Source: Clostridiaceae bacterium (GTDB lineage: Bacteria > Bacillota > Clostridia > Saccharofermentanales > DTU023). Taken from it: DNA of 64,000 bases. Where the stretch lies: positions 84,119-148,118 of the forward strand of contig DUOO01000056.1 in NCBI GenBank assembly GCA_012838795.1, given 5' to 3'. Below, piece after piece: positions 10,111 to 19,078 of the stretch (the first letter of the stretch is position 1; every line of letters begins with the position of its first letter). The position numbers were made by a program, and so were the translations under genes. The notes below the pieces were generated by a model, which worked only from the letters and a program-made list of their open reading frames with translations, was not told the origin of the DNA and made no database searches.

Positions 10111-10128
10111 TGAGCAATCGTTTGCTCA
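10111..10128. promoter_or_regulatory. LacI-family operator, copy 1 (TGAGCAATCGTTTGCTCA)
   Basis: Imperfect palindrome with a central CG. Half sites GAGCAAT/GAGCAAA. Located 32 nt upstream of the M24 gene start. Confidence 0.7.
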
Positions 10129-10190
10129 AAAGGTGTCAATCTCAGTTATTTTTGTTTAATCTGCTTTTTTCTGTTTTGCATTATACTTTT

Positions 10191-10207
10191 TGAGCAATCG
10201 TTTGCTC
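10191..10207. promoter_or_regulatory. LacI-family operator, copy 2 (TGAGCAATCGTTTGCTC)
   Basis: Identical core, 80 bp from copy 1. Adjacent to a minus-strand TATAAT (complement of 10180-10185). Confidence 0.7.
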
Positions 10208-10299
10208 TTTTGAAAACTTAAAATTTGATCGTTTTGCTTTTTTGCATTACACAATACTCTTCGTGTTCCCTGTTCTATTACAATATTGTGCTAAAAATA

Positions 10300-11298
10300 T
10301 TAGAGTGTTTCTCCTTCAATAAATTCTGACTTAAGAATAATTGTTTCAGGCTGATATGTTTTTGTTCCTTGATTTAGTTTTGTTATTAATCGTTCTGCCG
10401 CTAAGCGTCCCATTTCGTGTGCCGGTTGAATCATATTGGTAAACTTCGGTTCCATAAAGCCATAGATATCAATATGATCAAAACATGCTATACCCATATC
10501 TTGTGGAACATTTATGCCTAACTTATATGCTGCTCGTAATGCTGCATATGCTGTTACATTGTTGTGTGTTAAAATTGCTTCCGGAATATTTCCTTCATCA
10601 AATTGCTCCGTTATTTTCTGCCATGCGTCATCATACATAAAACTTGTTCTTACTATCGAATCTTCATCTACAGGAATATTATATTCATTCATCGCCCGGA
10701 TAAAACCTGCAAGTCTATCTTCTGCTGTTGATTCTCGGCTCGGACCTGTCACAGTCATTATTTTGGTATAACCCTTATCCAACATTAGCTTCGTCAATTT
10801 ATAAGCTGATGATTCATTATCTACGCCGATAAAATCCACTTTTCTATTATCTGTTGCCGGAATATTGTCTATAAAAACTACTCTATTGAATATTCCGGTT
10901 TCAACTGATGACCAAATTTCGCTTCCGGTAGTAGCGACAATCATTCCGTCTACATATGAATTTTGTAACTGATTCACATATTCTGTTGCTCTTGCCGCTT
11001 CACTTTCACAATTAAATAAAATTGTTGAATAGCCTTTCTCTCTCGCAACCTCTTCTATCGCATTAAAAATTATTCCATAATATACGTTTGTAATATCAGG
11101 CACTACCAGACCGATTGATCTTGATTCCTGTAATTTCAAACTTTTAGCAATTAGATTCGGTATATAGCGAACTTCTTTAGCATAAGCTAAAACATTCTCT
11201 CTAAGTTCTTGTGTAACTCTTCCTTTTCCATTTAATATTCTGGAAACAGTCGAAACTGATATATCAAATTTATCTGCAATATCTTGTAATTTAACCAT
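10300..11298 (-). CDS. LacI/GalR family transcriptional regulator
   Basis: 332 aa. N-terminal HTH VKLQDIADKFDISVSTVSRILNG plus a periplasmic-binding-protein-like sugar-binding domain. Confidence 0.9.
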   Translation of the reverse strand: MVKLQDIADKFDISVSTVSRILNGKGRVTQELRENVLAYAKEVRYIPNLIAKSLKLQESRSIGLVVPDITNVYYGIIFNAIEEVAREKGYSTILFNCESEAARATEYVNQLQNSYVDGMIVATTGSEIWSSVETGIFNRVVFIDNIPATDNRKVDFIGVDNESSAYKLTKLMLDKGYTKIMTVTGPSRESTAEDRLAGFIRAMNEYNIPVDEDSIVRTSFMYDDAWQKITEQFDEGNIPEAILTHNNVTAYAALRAAYKLGINVPQDMGIACFDHIDIYGFMEPKFTNMIQPAHEMGRLAAERLITKLNQGTKTYQPETIILKSEFIEGETL

Positions 11299-11486
11299 AA
11301 CATATAAATATGCATAAATTGGATATTCTATTATCTTGATTCATTATGCAACTTATACATTGATAGTAATTATATTAAAATTTTCTGTCAAGAAAACCGA
11401 CAAATTTGAAATTTTTTCAACTGTTATTTGTGCTGTATGGCGAAATTAATTCAAATTATTTAGCTAAAATAACTATAAAAACAGCT

Positions 11487-11502
11487 TGAGCAATCGTTTG
11501 TC
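11487..11502. promoter_or_regulatory. LacI-family operator, copy 3 (TGAGCAATCGTTTGTC)
   Basis: Same core as copies 1 and 2 with one change. It lies in the divergent region between the lacI-like gene and the 11712 gene. Confidence 0.6.
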
Positions 11503-11711
11503 TTCTAGTTTTTTTAAAAAGTATTATACTGAAATATATTGAACAAACTGAGAAAATACAAATTAAGAATTCAGAAAATCTACAGATGTTTTCACTAAAT
11601 AATTCTTAAAAATCTCAAAATCAGAACATTTGTTAACAAATAGACAATAATGTCTACCTGGTACAAACTTCTACAGACAAGAAATTATGAATGGCAAGGA
11701 GAAAGGAAAAT

Positions 11712-12788
11712 ATGAAAGTTAAATTACAAAAACACTTCTTTGAAACCAAAGAACAAACTATTCTGGAAACAAATAGCTTTACCGCATCGATATTTAAATA
11801 CAGCAGCGGTATTGAAGCTGTGAAATTACAAAACGAAATTGGCTATATCATAGTACTTCCTTATAACGGGCAAATGATCTGGGAGGCTTTCTTTTACGGA
11901 AACTCAATAAAAATGGAAACACCATTTCCTGAACCTGTAAAAAGCGAATTATTCGGCGGAACCTACGGTTGTTATCTGATGCACTGCGGTATGAATGCAA
12001 TGGGTGTACCGAAAGAAACCGATAATCACTCTCCACACGGAGATACCCCTTATGCAAACTACAAAAATGCTGAAATTATTACGGGATCAAATTCAAAAGG
12101 CAACTATATTGCTGTTACCGGCGAATATGAACACAATATCGCTTTTGACCAGCATTATATCGCTCAACCACTGGTTAAACTATATGAAAATTCCGGAATG
12201 CTGGAAGTGTCCATGAAAACTAAAAACTTATCACGTAAAAATATGGACTTAATGTATTTATGCCATATTAATAATAAGTTTGTTCCGGACGGTAAAATAT
12301 ATCAGACATTAGATTGGGATGCCGATCACATGGCAATTCAAGAAATTGATCAAACTACTGCTGATCAAAATTTATTAGATTTGTTCAATAGAATTAAAAA
12401 GGATCCGGCATCATCAAATCCTATTTCCGAGGGCGATTACTACGATCCTGAAATAGTGTTTTTCTTAAGAAACATGAAGACAGATCAACAAGACAATGCT
12501 CATTTCCTTTATGTATTGCCTGATCAGTCAGCATATTATACGTATTTTGATACAAAAGTATTAAACCACGGAGTGCGTTGGATTGCTTATCATGAAGATT
12601 GTCATTCAATGGGATTTGTCTTGCCCGCTACTGCAGAATCTGAAGGATATACAGCAGAAAAATCAAAAGGTAATTTACTTTCTTTAGGAACCAACCAGGA
12701 ATTTGAAGCAACTGTTTTCTGTGGTGTTATTCCTCACGAAGAAGCTGATCAAATCATTAAAAAGATTGCAAAAATTAATCAAAAATAA
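11712..12788 (+). CDS. Aldose-1-epimerase-superfamily protein (DUF4432-like)
   Basis: ORF 11691..12788. I prefer ATG 11712 (MKVKLQ...), preceded by AAGGAGAAAGG. HSPHGD... and the beta-sandwich-like sequence style suggest the family. Assignment is from memory. Confidence 0.55.
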   Translation: MKVKLQKHFFETKEQTILETNSFTASIFKYSSGIEAVKLQNEIGYIIVLPYNGQMIWEAFFYGNSIKMETPFPEPVKSELFGGTYGCYLMHCGMNAMGVPKETDNHSPHGDTPYANYKNAEIITGSNSKGNYIAVTGEYEHNIAFDQHYIAQPLVKLYENSGMLEVSMKTKNLSRKNMDLMYLCHINNKFVPDGKIYQTLDWDADHMAIQEIDQTTADQNLLDLFNRIKKDPASSNPISEGDYYDPEIVFFLRNMKTDQQDNAHFLYVLPDQSAYYTYFDTKVLNHGVRWIAYHEDCHSMGFVLPATAESEGYTAEKSKGNLLSLGTNQEFEATVFCGVIPHEEADQIIKKIAKINQK

Positions 12789-12846
12789 TTGTTCATTCGT
12801 GAAATAATTAGAGGTTGTCTCAGAATTCTGAGCTGTGAAAGTTTTA

Positions 12847-13299
12847 CTCCCGGGCGTTAAAGTGTCAAAATTGACGGCTCTGCAAATCTCGGTTTGCGGG
12901 TAATCCCCACAGCCGTAATTTTTGACAGATCCGGCCTTCTCCCGAACGTTAAAGTGTCAAAATTGACGGCTCTGCAAATCTCGGATTGTCGTGAACCCCC
13001 ACAGCCGTAAATTTTGGCACCTCCGGCCTTCTCCCGAACGTTAAAGTGTCAAAATTGATGGCTCTGCAAATCTCGGTTTGCGGGCAACCCCCACAGTCGT
13101 AATTTTTGACAGATCCGGCCTTCTCCCGGGCGTTAAAGTGTCAAAATTGACGGCTCTGCAAATTCCGGATTGCGGGTAATCCCCACAGCCGTAATTTTTG
13201 ACAGATCCGGCCTTCTCCCGAACGTTAAAGTGTCAAAATTGACGGCTCTGCAAATCTCGGTTTGCGGGCAACCCCCACAGTCGCAATTTTTGACAGATC
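12847..13299 (+). repeat. Tandem array of 4.9 copies of a 92-bp structured unit
   Basis: Unit starts at 12847, 12939, 13031, 13123 and 13215. Units are near-identical, each with 20-nt inverted arms and an inner hairpin. Confidence 0.95.
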
Positions 13300-13404
13300 T
13301 GATGTGGATTTTCTTTACACCGCAGCGAAAAGAGAGCAGTTTTCTTGACCGGGAAAATCCTTTGAGATAGCTCTAATTAATAAGCTAATACATTTTGCTA
13401 TGCT

Positions 13405-15300
13405 TCAATTAATTCCATCTAAAATACCAGCAGCCCAATCAACTCCATAATCATAGATAGTCACTTTTCGCGGGCAACCGGATTCATCCCAACCCATCAT
13501 TTCATAATACAATTCGATGTTGGATTCAAATTGTTCCCGATCGAGTTTTTTGCCGGCTAAGGCTCCGGCATTGATTTCTTGTTCAAAGAATCTGTCGGGT
13601 AATTTATCATCTTCTTTGGAAAATCCCTCGCGGTAATTATAAAGGCGGAACAAATGATTCTTTAATTCACCAAGGCGCATAATTTCATATGAAGAAGTTT
13701 CAAATCCGGTAACTTGATGGAATAAATCCGCCATTTCTGCCAAACTATATACTCTGGTCGGAGCTGAAGCAAAAATACACATTCCGAGTGCATCAACTGC
13801 AGACCACAGATTATTCAGCACTTTATAATCATTAACCTTTTCCGGACCGGAATAATGCATTGGGATTCTTTCAAGAATTCCAAGTGTGCGGCTATAGTTC
13901 ATCGTATGCTCCCAGCCTACTTCGGTATCATAATCCCAATCGTGCTCACAAATATCGTAACGCGGACCGACGGCGGCAGTAGCATAACCTAAAGCCAAAT
14001 TTGTCTGCGAGCGACATTCTGTTGAAACAAGTTCATTGCCTTTTACCGTCATAGCATATTCCCGGGAATCATTTCCGATTATTTCGGCCGCCCGGGCTGC
14101 ACCCTCGGCTAAAATATCTCCAAGATCTTGTCGTTTTGCTATCATTTCAGTCAATTTTTCTATATCGACATCCGGACCGAAATTCAGATTGATTCCGCTC
14201 AACATTGATTCATCTAAGGCTTCGTTTTGTTTTGCTTCTTGAGCAAAAGAAATTGTGAAACCGAGTGAATTAGGGTCCATGCCATATTCGTTACATAAAA
14301 CATTGGCTTTAATTATTTTCGCTAAATCACTGTTGCCGATATTCGGACCCAAAGATCCCAGAGCCTCCTGATGCAGACCGCCCATGAATTCATTATCCGA
14401 AGCAGTTGCATAACGTTTAATACAATTATTAGGACAGTAAGGACATGGGGATTCCCCTTTATAAAATTCCGCAAATTTTTCCGGAGTGTATTGATCTGTA
14501 TAATCACATTCATTGGTCTGATAATTATTGACACAAAGGGCTGCATCAATACCATGTGTATGGATCCAGGCACCAAAACCGGGACGATCATATTGCCACA
14601 TCGAAAGTACATTTTCTTGCATCTTTTTTGTAAAGTTTCTCGAGATTTCTTCTAACTGATTCGGAGCATAAACCTCTGGAACATGTCCACCCGTAATGAC
14701 AACAGCTTTTAGGTTTTTTGATCCCATAACCGCGCCCATTCCTGCTCTGGAAGCTTGATGGTTTTGATCGCAAATTATATTCGCAAATCGTACTTTATTC
14801 TCACCGGCAGGTCCGATTGTTGCAATTGATGAATCGGGATAATCCGCTTTAATTTTTTCCACTGTATCACTGACTTTTTGTCCCCAAAGTTCTTCTGCCG
14901 ATATTAATTGCGGAATTTGATTTTCAATTAATAACATCACAGGTTGTTCGGATTTGCCACGAAAAATTATACCGTCATAACCTGATCTTTTTAATGCCAT
15001 GGCAAACGGACCTTCACATCTTGCCTCACCGATACCGCCTGTTGCAGGCGATTTTCCGGTGATCGTAAATCTTGCTAAGCCGGGAGCTTGATGACCGCCT
15101 AAAATACCGTTGAAAAACATCAAATATGCTTCCGGATCAAAAGCATCAATATCTGCCGGAGTTTCTTGAAGCAATTTTGTTACAGCCATTACAGATCCCG
15201 ATCCATATCGACGATATTCAATTTCAGTAGGTTTTTGCTCACTAAACTTCTTGTGCGTTAAATCCACATATAGTATTTTCCCATGGTATCCAAAGTTCAT
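13405..15300 (-). CDS. Aldehyde:ferredoxin oxidoreductase (tungstopterin AOR family)
   Basis: 631 aa. AOR N-terminal domain (GKILYVDLT...). CxxCxxxC cluster motif CPYCPNNC. SD AAGGAG. Confidence 0.9.
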   Translation of the reverse strand: MNFGYHGKILYVDLTHKKFSEQKPTEIEYRRYGSGSVMAVTKLLQETPADIDAFDPEAYLMFFNGILGGHQAPGLARFTITGKSPATGGIGEARCEGPFAMALKRSGYDGIIFRGKSEQPVMLLIENQIPQLISAEELWGQKVSDTVEKIKADYPDSSIATIGPAGENKVRFANIICDQNHQASRAGMGAVMGSKNLKAVVITGGHVPEVYAPNQLEEISRNFTKKMQENVLSMWQYDRPGFGAWIHTHGIDAALCVNNYQTNECDYTDQYTPEKFAEFYKGESPCPYCPNNCIKRYATASDNEFMGGLHQEALGSLGPNIGNSDLAKIIKANVLCNEYGMDPNSLGFTISFAQEAKQNEALDESMLSGINLNFGPDVDIEKLTEMIAKRQDLGDILAEGAARAAEIIGNDSREYAMTVKGNELVSTECRSQTNLALGYATAAVGPRYDICEHDWDYDTEVGWEHTMNYSRTLGILERIPMHYSGPEKVNDYKVLNNLWSAVDALGMCIFASAPTRVYSLAEMADLFHQVTGFETSSYEIMRLGELKNHLFRLYNYREGFSKEDDKLPDRFFEQEINAGALAGKKLDREQFESNIELYYEMMGWDESGCPRKVTIYDYGVDWAAGILDGIN

Positions 15301-15567
15301 CTGATTTCTCCTTGTCTATCTGTTTTTATTTTAAGATCTGTCAGATTTAGCTTAACATAAATCTATCTCTTAATATAAATCTTTGTCTGCAACAGGAGTT
15401 GCTGCTAAATAAATACTTATTTTGCTTTATTCGTAAAGAAAACATTAAAAACAAACTCATTCTTGTACATATATATTTGTAACAATTTAAGATATAATTT
15501 ACATATATTGAAAATTAATACGTTCTCATGCTATTATCCAAATTCTTGTTGAAATAAGGAGCAATAT

Positions 15568-16665
15568 ATGACAAAAGTATTTTTTACCGATTTTAGAACA
15601 GTCCCTGAAGAAAATATTTTAGCCAAGCTAAAAAGGCTGGTACAGACTGCAGGTATTGATACTATTAACTTTAACAAAAAATTTACTGCCATTAAACTTC
15701 ATTTTGGAGAACCGGGCAATGTAGCTTATCTGCGTCCGAATTATATTAAAGTTATTGCAGACTACATTAAAGAACTTGGAGGGGTTCCTTTTCTTACAGA
15801 TTGTAATACGCTTTATACCGGTCGACGTAAGAATGCAATAGAACATATTATTTCCGCTTACGAAAATGGATTCAGTCCTTTTTCCACCGGTTGTCATGTT
15901 TTAATCGGTGATGGCCTCAAAGGCACTGATGACGTAAATGTCCCGATTAACGGCAAGCACATCAAAGAAGCAAAAATCGGAAGAGCTATTATGGATGCGG
16001 ATGTTTTTCTGTCAGTAACACATTTCAAAGGCCATGAAATGACCGGATTCGGAGGGACTATCAAGAACATCGGTATGGGATGCGGATCACGCGGAGGCAA
16101 AATGGAAATGCACTATGCCGGTAAACCGCGAGTCAATCCCGATAAATGTGTAAGTTGCGCTTCCTGTTATCGCAATTGTGCGTTTGGCGCAATTTCTTTC
16201 GTTAATAAGAAGGCGTATATTAATACTGACATTTGCGCAGGTTGCGGAAGATGTATCGGGACTTGCAATTATGATGCAATCCATCCGATTAACGATAATA
16301 GCAATACAGTATTAAATGAAAGAATCGCTGAGTATGCTTATGCAGTTGTTAAAGATCGTCCGCATTTTCATGTTAGCTTAATCATGGATGTTTCTCCTAA
16401 CTGCGACTGTCATTCTGAAAATGATGTTCCAATTGTTCCTGACATCGGAATTCTTGCTTCTTTTGATCCCGTATCTTTAGATCAGGCATGTGCCGACTTA
16501 GTCAATGCAGCCCCCATCGTTGAAAACAGTCTGTTAGGTGAAAGAGATATTTTGTATAAGGATCACTTTACGGATCTATTTCCTACTACTGATTGGCAAA
16601 CCTGCCTAAGTCATGCCGAAGCAATCGGCCTGGGTGAAAGAAATTATGAACTGGTGAATATTTAG
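15568..16665 (+). CDS. DUF362 domain protein with an embedded 2x[4Fe-4S] ferredoxin domain
   Basis: 365 aa. KLHFGEPGN...FLTDCNTLY (DUF362-like). CVSCASCYRNC and CAGCGRCIGTC motifs. SD AAGGAG. Confidence 0.75.
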   Translation: MTKVFFTDFRTVPEENILAKLKRLVQTAGIDTINFNKKFTAIKLHFGEPGNVAYLRPNYIKVIADYIKELGGVPFLTDCNTLYTGRRKNAIEHIISAYENGFSPFSTGCHVLIGDGLKGTDDVNVPINGKHIKEAKIGRAIMDADVFLSVTHFKGHEMTGFGGTIKNIGMGCGSRGGKMEMHYAGKPRVNPDKCVSCASCYRNCAFGAISFVNKKAYINTDICAGCGRCIGTCNYDAIHPINDNSNTVLNERIAEYAYAVVKDRPHFHVSLIMDVSPNCDCHSENDVPIVPDIGILASFDPVSLDQACADLVNAAPIVENSLLGERDILYKDHFTDLFPTTDWQTCLSHAEAIGLGERNYELVNI

Positions 16666-16784
16666 AGCGACATCGTGATATTAGTAAGCCCCCTGTATCC
16701 GTATCCGGATTTTGGGGTTTGCTAACATCAGTAATTTCTTTTCTTTCATAAGCACATTAATATTCTGATCACTTAATAACTTGA

Positions 16785-16913
16785 TTATATTCTCTTCGTT
16801 TCTAAAAACTCCGCTACTTTATGGTAATTGGGTATGGAACTACTTGCTCCGGCCCCGTAAATTGCAATTGCCGATGCAGCGGATGCAATTCTCAAACACT
16901 CTCTTGGCTCTTT
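16785..16913 (-). pseudogene. C-terminal remnant of a PfkB/ribokinase-family kinase
   Basis: My minus-strand translation after an in-frame TGA gives KEPRECLRIASAASAIAIYGAGASSSIPNYHKVAEFLETKRI*. This resembles the PfkB C-terminal helix and tail. No start and no upstream body of the gene. Confidence 0.35.
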
Positions 16914-16936
16914 TCAAATCGAAGATGATTATTAAG

Positions 16937-18538
16937 CTATTTTTTAAGACTGGATTTTTTTTGTTTATTCCATTTTGAGATCAGCGAAATTATTAAAAAT
17001 GTAATTGTTAAGCCCAGATAAGTTAAGCTGAGTGCGGGATTAGCATTAATTGTAAGTTCTTTTGCATGAATTAAACCGAAAAAGGAGAAGATTGTTGCAA
17101 CTAAAAAGAAGGCAGATGTTTTGAGCCAATTGCGATCGATAATCAGATATAGGATTGACGCATATATAATTGCCATAGTCATTGCACCTTGAGCAAGTGT
17201 AATAAAACCTTCCGCATAACCTGCTTCAGCCAGTTTTGTCGCAATAAGTGAAGTTGAACTACCGATACTCGTTAAACTATCGGCAGTTTGTCCACTAACT
17301 AAATTTGAATTGTTTTCAGTAAAATTACCCAATACATTAATAATTGAAAAGACTTTATTATTAATCAACTCAAAAAGCGGGATCGCAACTCCAAACATCA
17401 TCGCACCATAATAACGCTTGCGTCCGGATGCGAATGCTCCCGCACCGGATATTATTCCTATATAAACAAGCATAACTAATGATGCACTGACCGGTATCAG
17501 CGAAGTGACCACAGCAACTAAACCGGTTAAACATAAAATCAGGTGCACCATACCGGACAACAACGGGTAACCGGCTCCGGCTTCAGCTTTTTTCCAAGCC
17601 GGGTGTCCCCAATAATAATTCAACATAAAAGGATTTCCCAGTAGTGAACCGATTAAATTGCTCAGAGCAAGACCTATCAAAGCTGTTCGTGCCGGATATA
17701 TCTCTTTGCTCTCTTCCGCCTGTGCAAAAGCTTGCATATCTGCGGTTAGTTCCGAAAGCAAATAAGCCAAAATCAACGGCAAATAATTAATTGCAACTTG
17801 TAACGATTTATTAGTAATAAGGCCAAATTGAAAACTCGGGAGATATAAATTCAGGTTCGTAAAAGATTCCCTGAGCTGATCAACTTGCATTACACCGCTT
17901 ACCCAAGCAATAATTGTGCCTATTCCGATTGCTATCAGAGCAGGAGAACCAAATCTCGGTTTTATTTCTCCGAAATAAAAAGTAAATAAAATAAATAATG
18001 TAGGAATTATTACCCAGGGAATTGTAAATGCTTCTCCCAGCGGAGAAAGAATCATCCAAGTCAAGGCTCCGCCAACTGTAGCACCCATTAATGCTTCTCG
18101 GGGAATAAATTTAAAAATTAAACTGAAAACAAATGATAAAATCAGTTGCAGGACAGAATATATCAGCGAAACTCCGAGCGTTACCGACCAAGCAAAAATT
18201 GGATCCCGGCTGACAAAATAAGTGGGTAGCATAATTGCATTTAACCAAACAAAAAGTGTTGTTCCCGAAATTCCTCCAACCAGAGCGGTTATATCCTTGT
18301 TTTGAGTTTTTTTGCCCAAACTTCTTGCCAGCAGTGTATTAAACAAAGAGAAGATGAACACCGTAATGCCGGTTGCTGCGATAATTTTCCCGAAAACCAA
18401 TTTTTCTGACATATTTAAGACACCGACCAAGATCGGGACAGCAATGATTATTTTGCCGAAACTGTCAAAAAATGTACCTAGTCCGGCGTCTATGTCTCCC
18501 TTTTTACACCAGGGGATTTTTATTTCCTTATTCATCAA
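16937..18538 (-). CDS. Polytopic permease, distantly NCS2/AzgA-like (putative nucleobase-type transporter)
   Basis: 533 aa with more than 10 predicted TM segments. N-terminal GDIDAGLGTFFDSFGKII and the later GNPF...AEAGAGYPLLSG layout recall AGZA-type permeases. By-eye assignment only. Confidence 0.45.
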   Translation of the reverse strand: MMNKEIKIPWCKKGDIDAGLGTFFDSFGKIIIAVPILVGVLNMSEKLVFGKIIAATGITVFIFSLFNTLLARSLGKKTQNKDITALVGGISGTTLFVWLNAIMLPTYFVSRDPIFAWSVTLGVSLIYSVLQLILSFVFSLIFKFIPREALMGATVGGALTWMILSPLGEAFTIPWVIIPTLFILFTFYFGEIKPRFGSPALIAIGIGTIIAWVSGVMQVDQLRESFTNLNLYLPSFQFGLITNKSLQVAINYLPLILAYLLSELTADMQAFAQAEESKEIYPARTALIGLALSNLIGSLLGNPFMLNYYWGHPAWKKAEAGAGYPLLSGMVHLILCLTGLVAVVTSLIPVSASLVMLVYIGIISGAGAFASGRKRYYGAMMFGVAIPLFELINNKVFSIINVLGNFTENNSNLVSGQTADSLTSIGSSTSLIATKLAEAGYAEGFITLAQGAMTMAIIYASILYLIIDRNWLKTSAFFLVATIFSFFGLIHAKELTINANPALSLTYLGLTITFLIISLISKWNKQKKSSLKK

Positions 18539-18824
18539 TAATTTCGTCTAAGGAAATCATTTCTTCGCCGAAGCCGCTGTTGATAGCCTCTTCAATTAAT
18601 TTTAAATCTTCAATCTCATTTGGTCCTTCGACTTGAATCAATATTTTTGATCCTTGTTTGATTCCTGCGCCCAATAACATTAATACACTTTTAGGATTTA
18701 TATCTTTGTCACCAAAAATAAATTTGATATCCGAATCCATTTTGGCACATAATTGTGATAACTCTGTTGCCGGTCTTAAGTGTAAACCTGTTTTGTTTCT
18801 TATGTAAATTGTTGATTCAACCAT
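18528..18824 (-). CDS. HPr-family phosphocarrier protein
   Basis: 98 aa. His15 context KTGLHLRPA and Ser46 context NPKSVLMLLGAG are both present. SD AGGAGA. The 3' end overlaps the permease start by 11 nt. Confidence 0.85.
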   Translation of the reverse strand: MVESTIYIRNKTGLHLRPATELSQLCAKMDSDIKFIFGDKDINPKSVLMLLGAGIKQGSKILIQVEGPNEIEDLKLIEEAINSGFGEEMISLDEIIDE

Positions 18825-19078
18825 CGTGTTTTCTCCTGCCTTGAAATAATTATTTTATTAAACAAACAATATTATACATTATTATCTGTTAACTATGTTT
18901 GAAAAATATATTATTGTGTTTGATATCTCTGACAATACATTCTGTGATAAGTTCAATAAAAAAGCATAAGTTCAATAAAAAACATAATCATAATATCAAA
19001 TCATTAATTGAGAATATTTCGTAGATGTTATAATTAAGAAGGTAAATTTGAAATTTTAATAATTATGGAGGTGTAATT

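Noticed and set aside
12847-13299. Considered whether the 92-bp tandem array is a CRISPR array.
   Set aside because: The entire 92-bp unit is repeated nearly identically. There are no unique spacers between short repeats and no cas genes in the window.
13170-13370. 66-aa plus-strand ORF in the track.
   Set aside because: It lies inside the tandem repeat. The 92-bp period is not a multiple of 3, so the ORF is a chance open frame with no SD.
15301-15567. Looked for a molybdenum/tungsten-cofactor riboswitch upstream of the AOR gene.
   Set aside because: The leader is AT-rich with no GC-rich multi-stem element visible. This still deserves a cmscan, but nothing supports it by eye.
16781-16978. 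65-aa plus-strand ORF.
   Set aside because: It overlaps the permease 3' end and is antisense to the PfkB-like remnant. It has no SD and no recognisable sequence.
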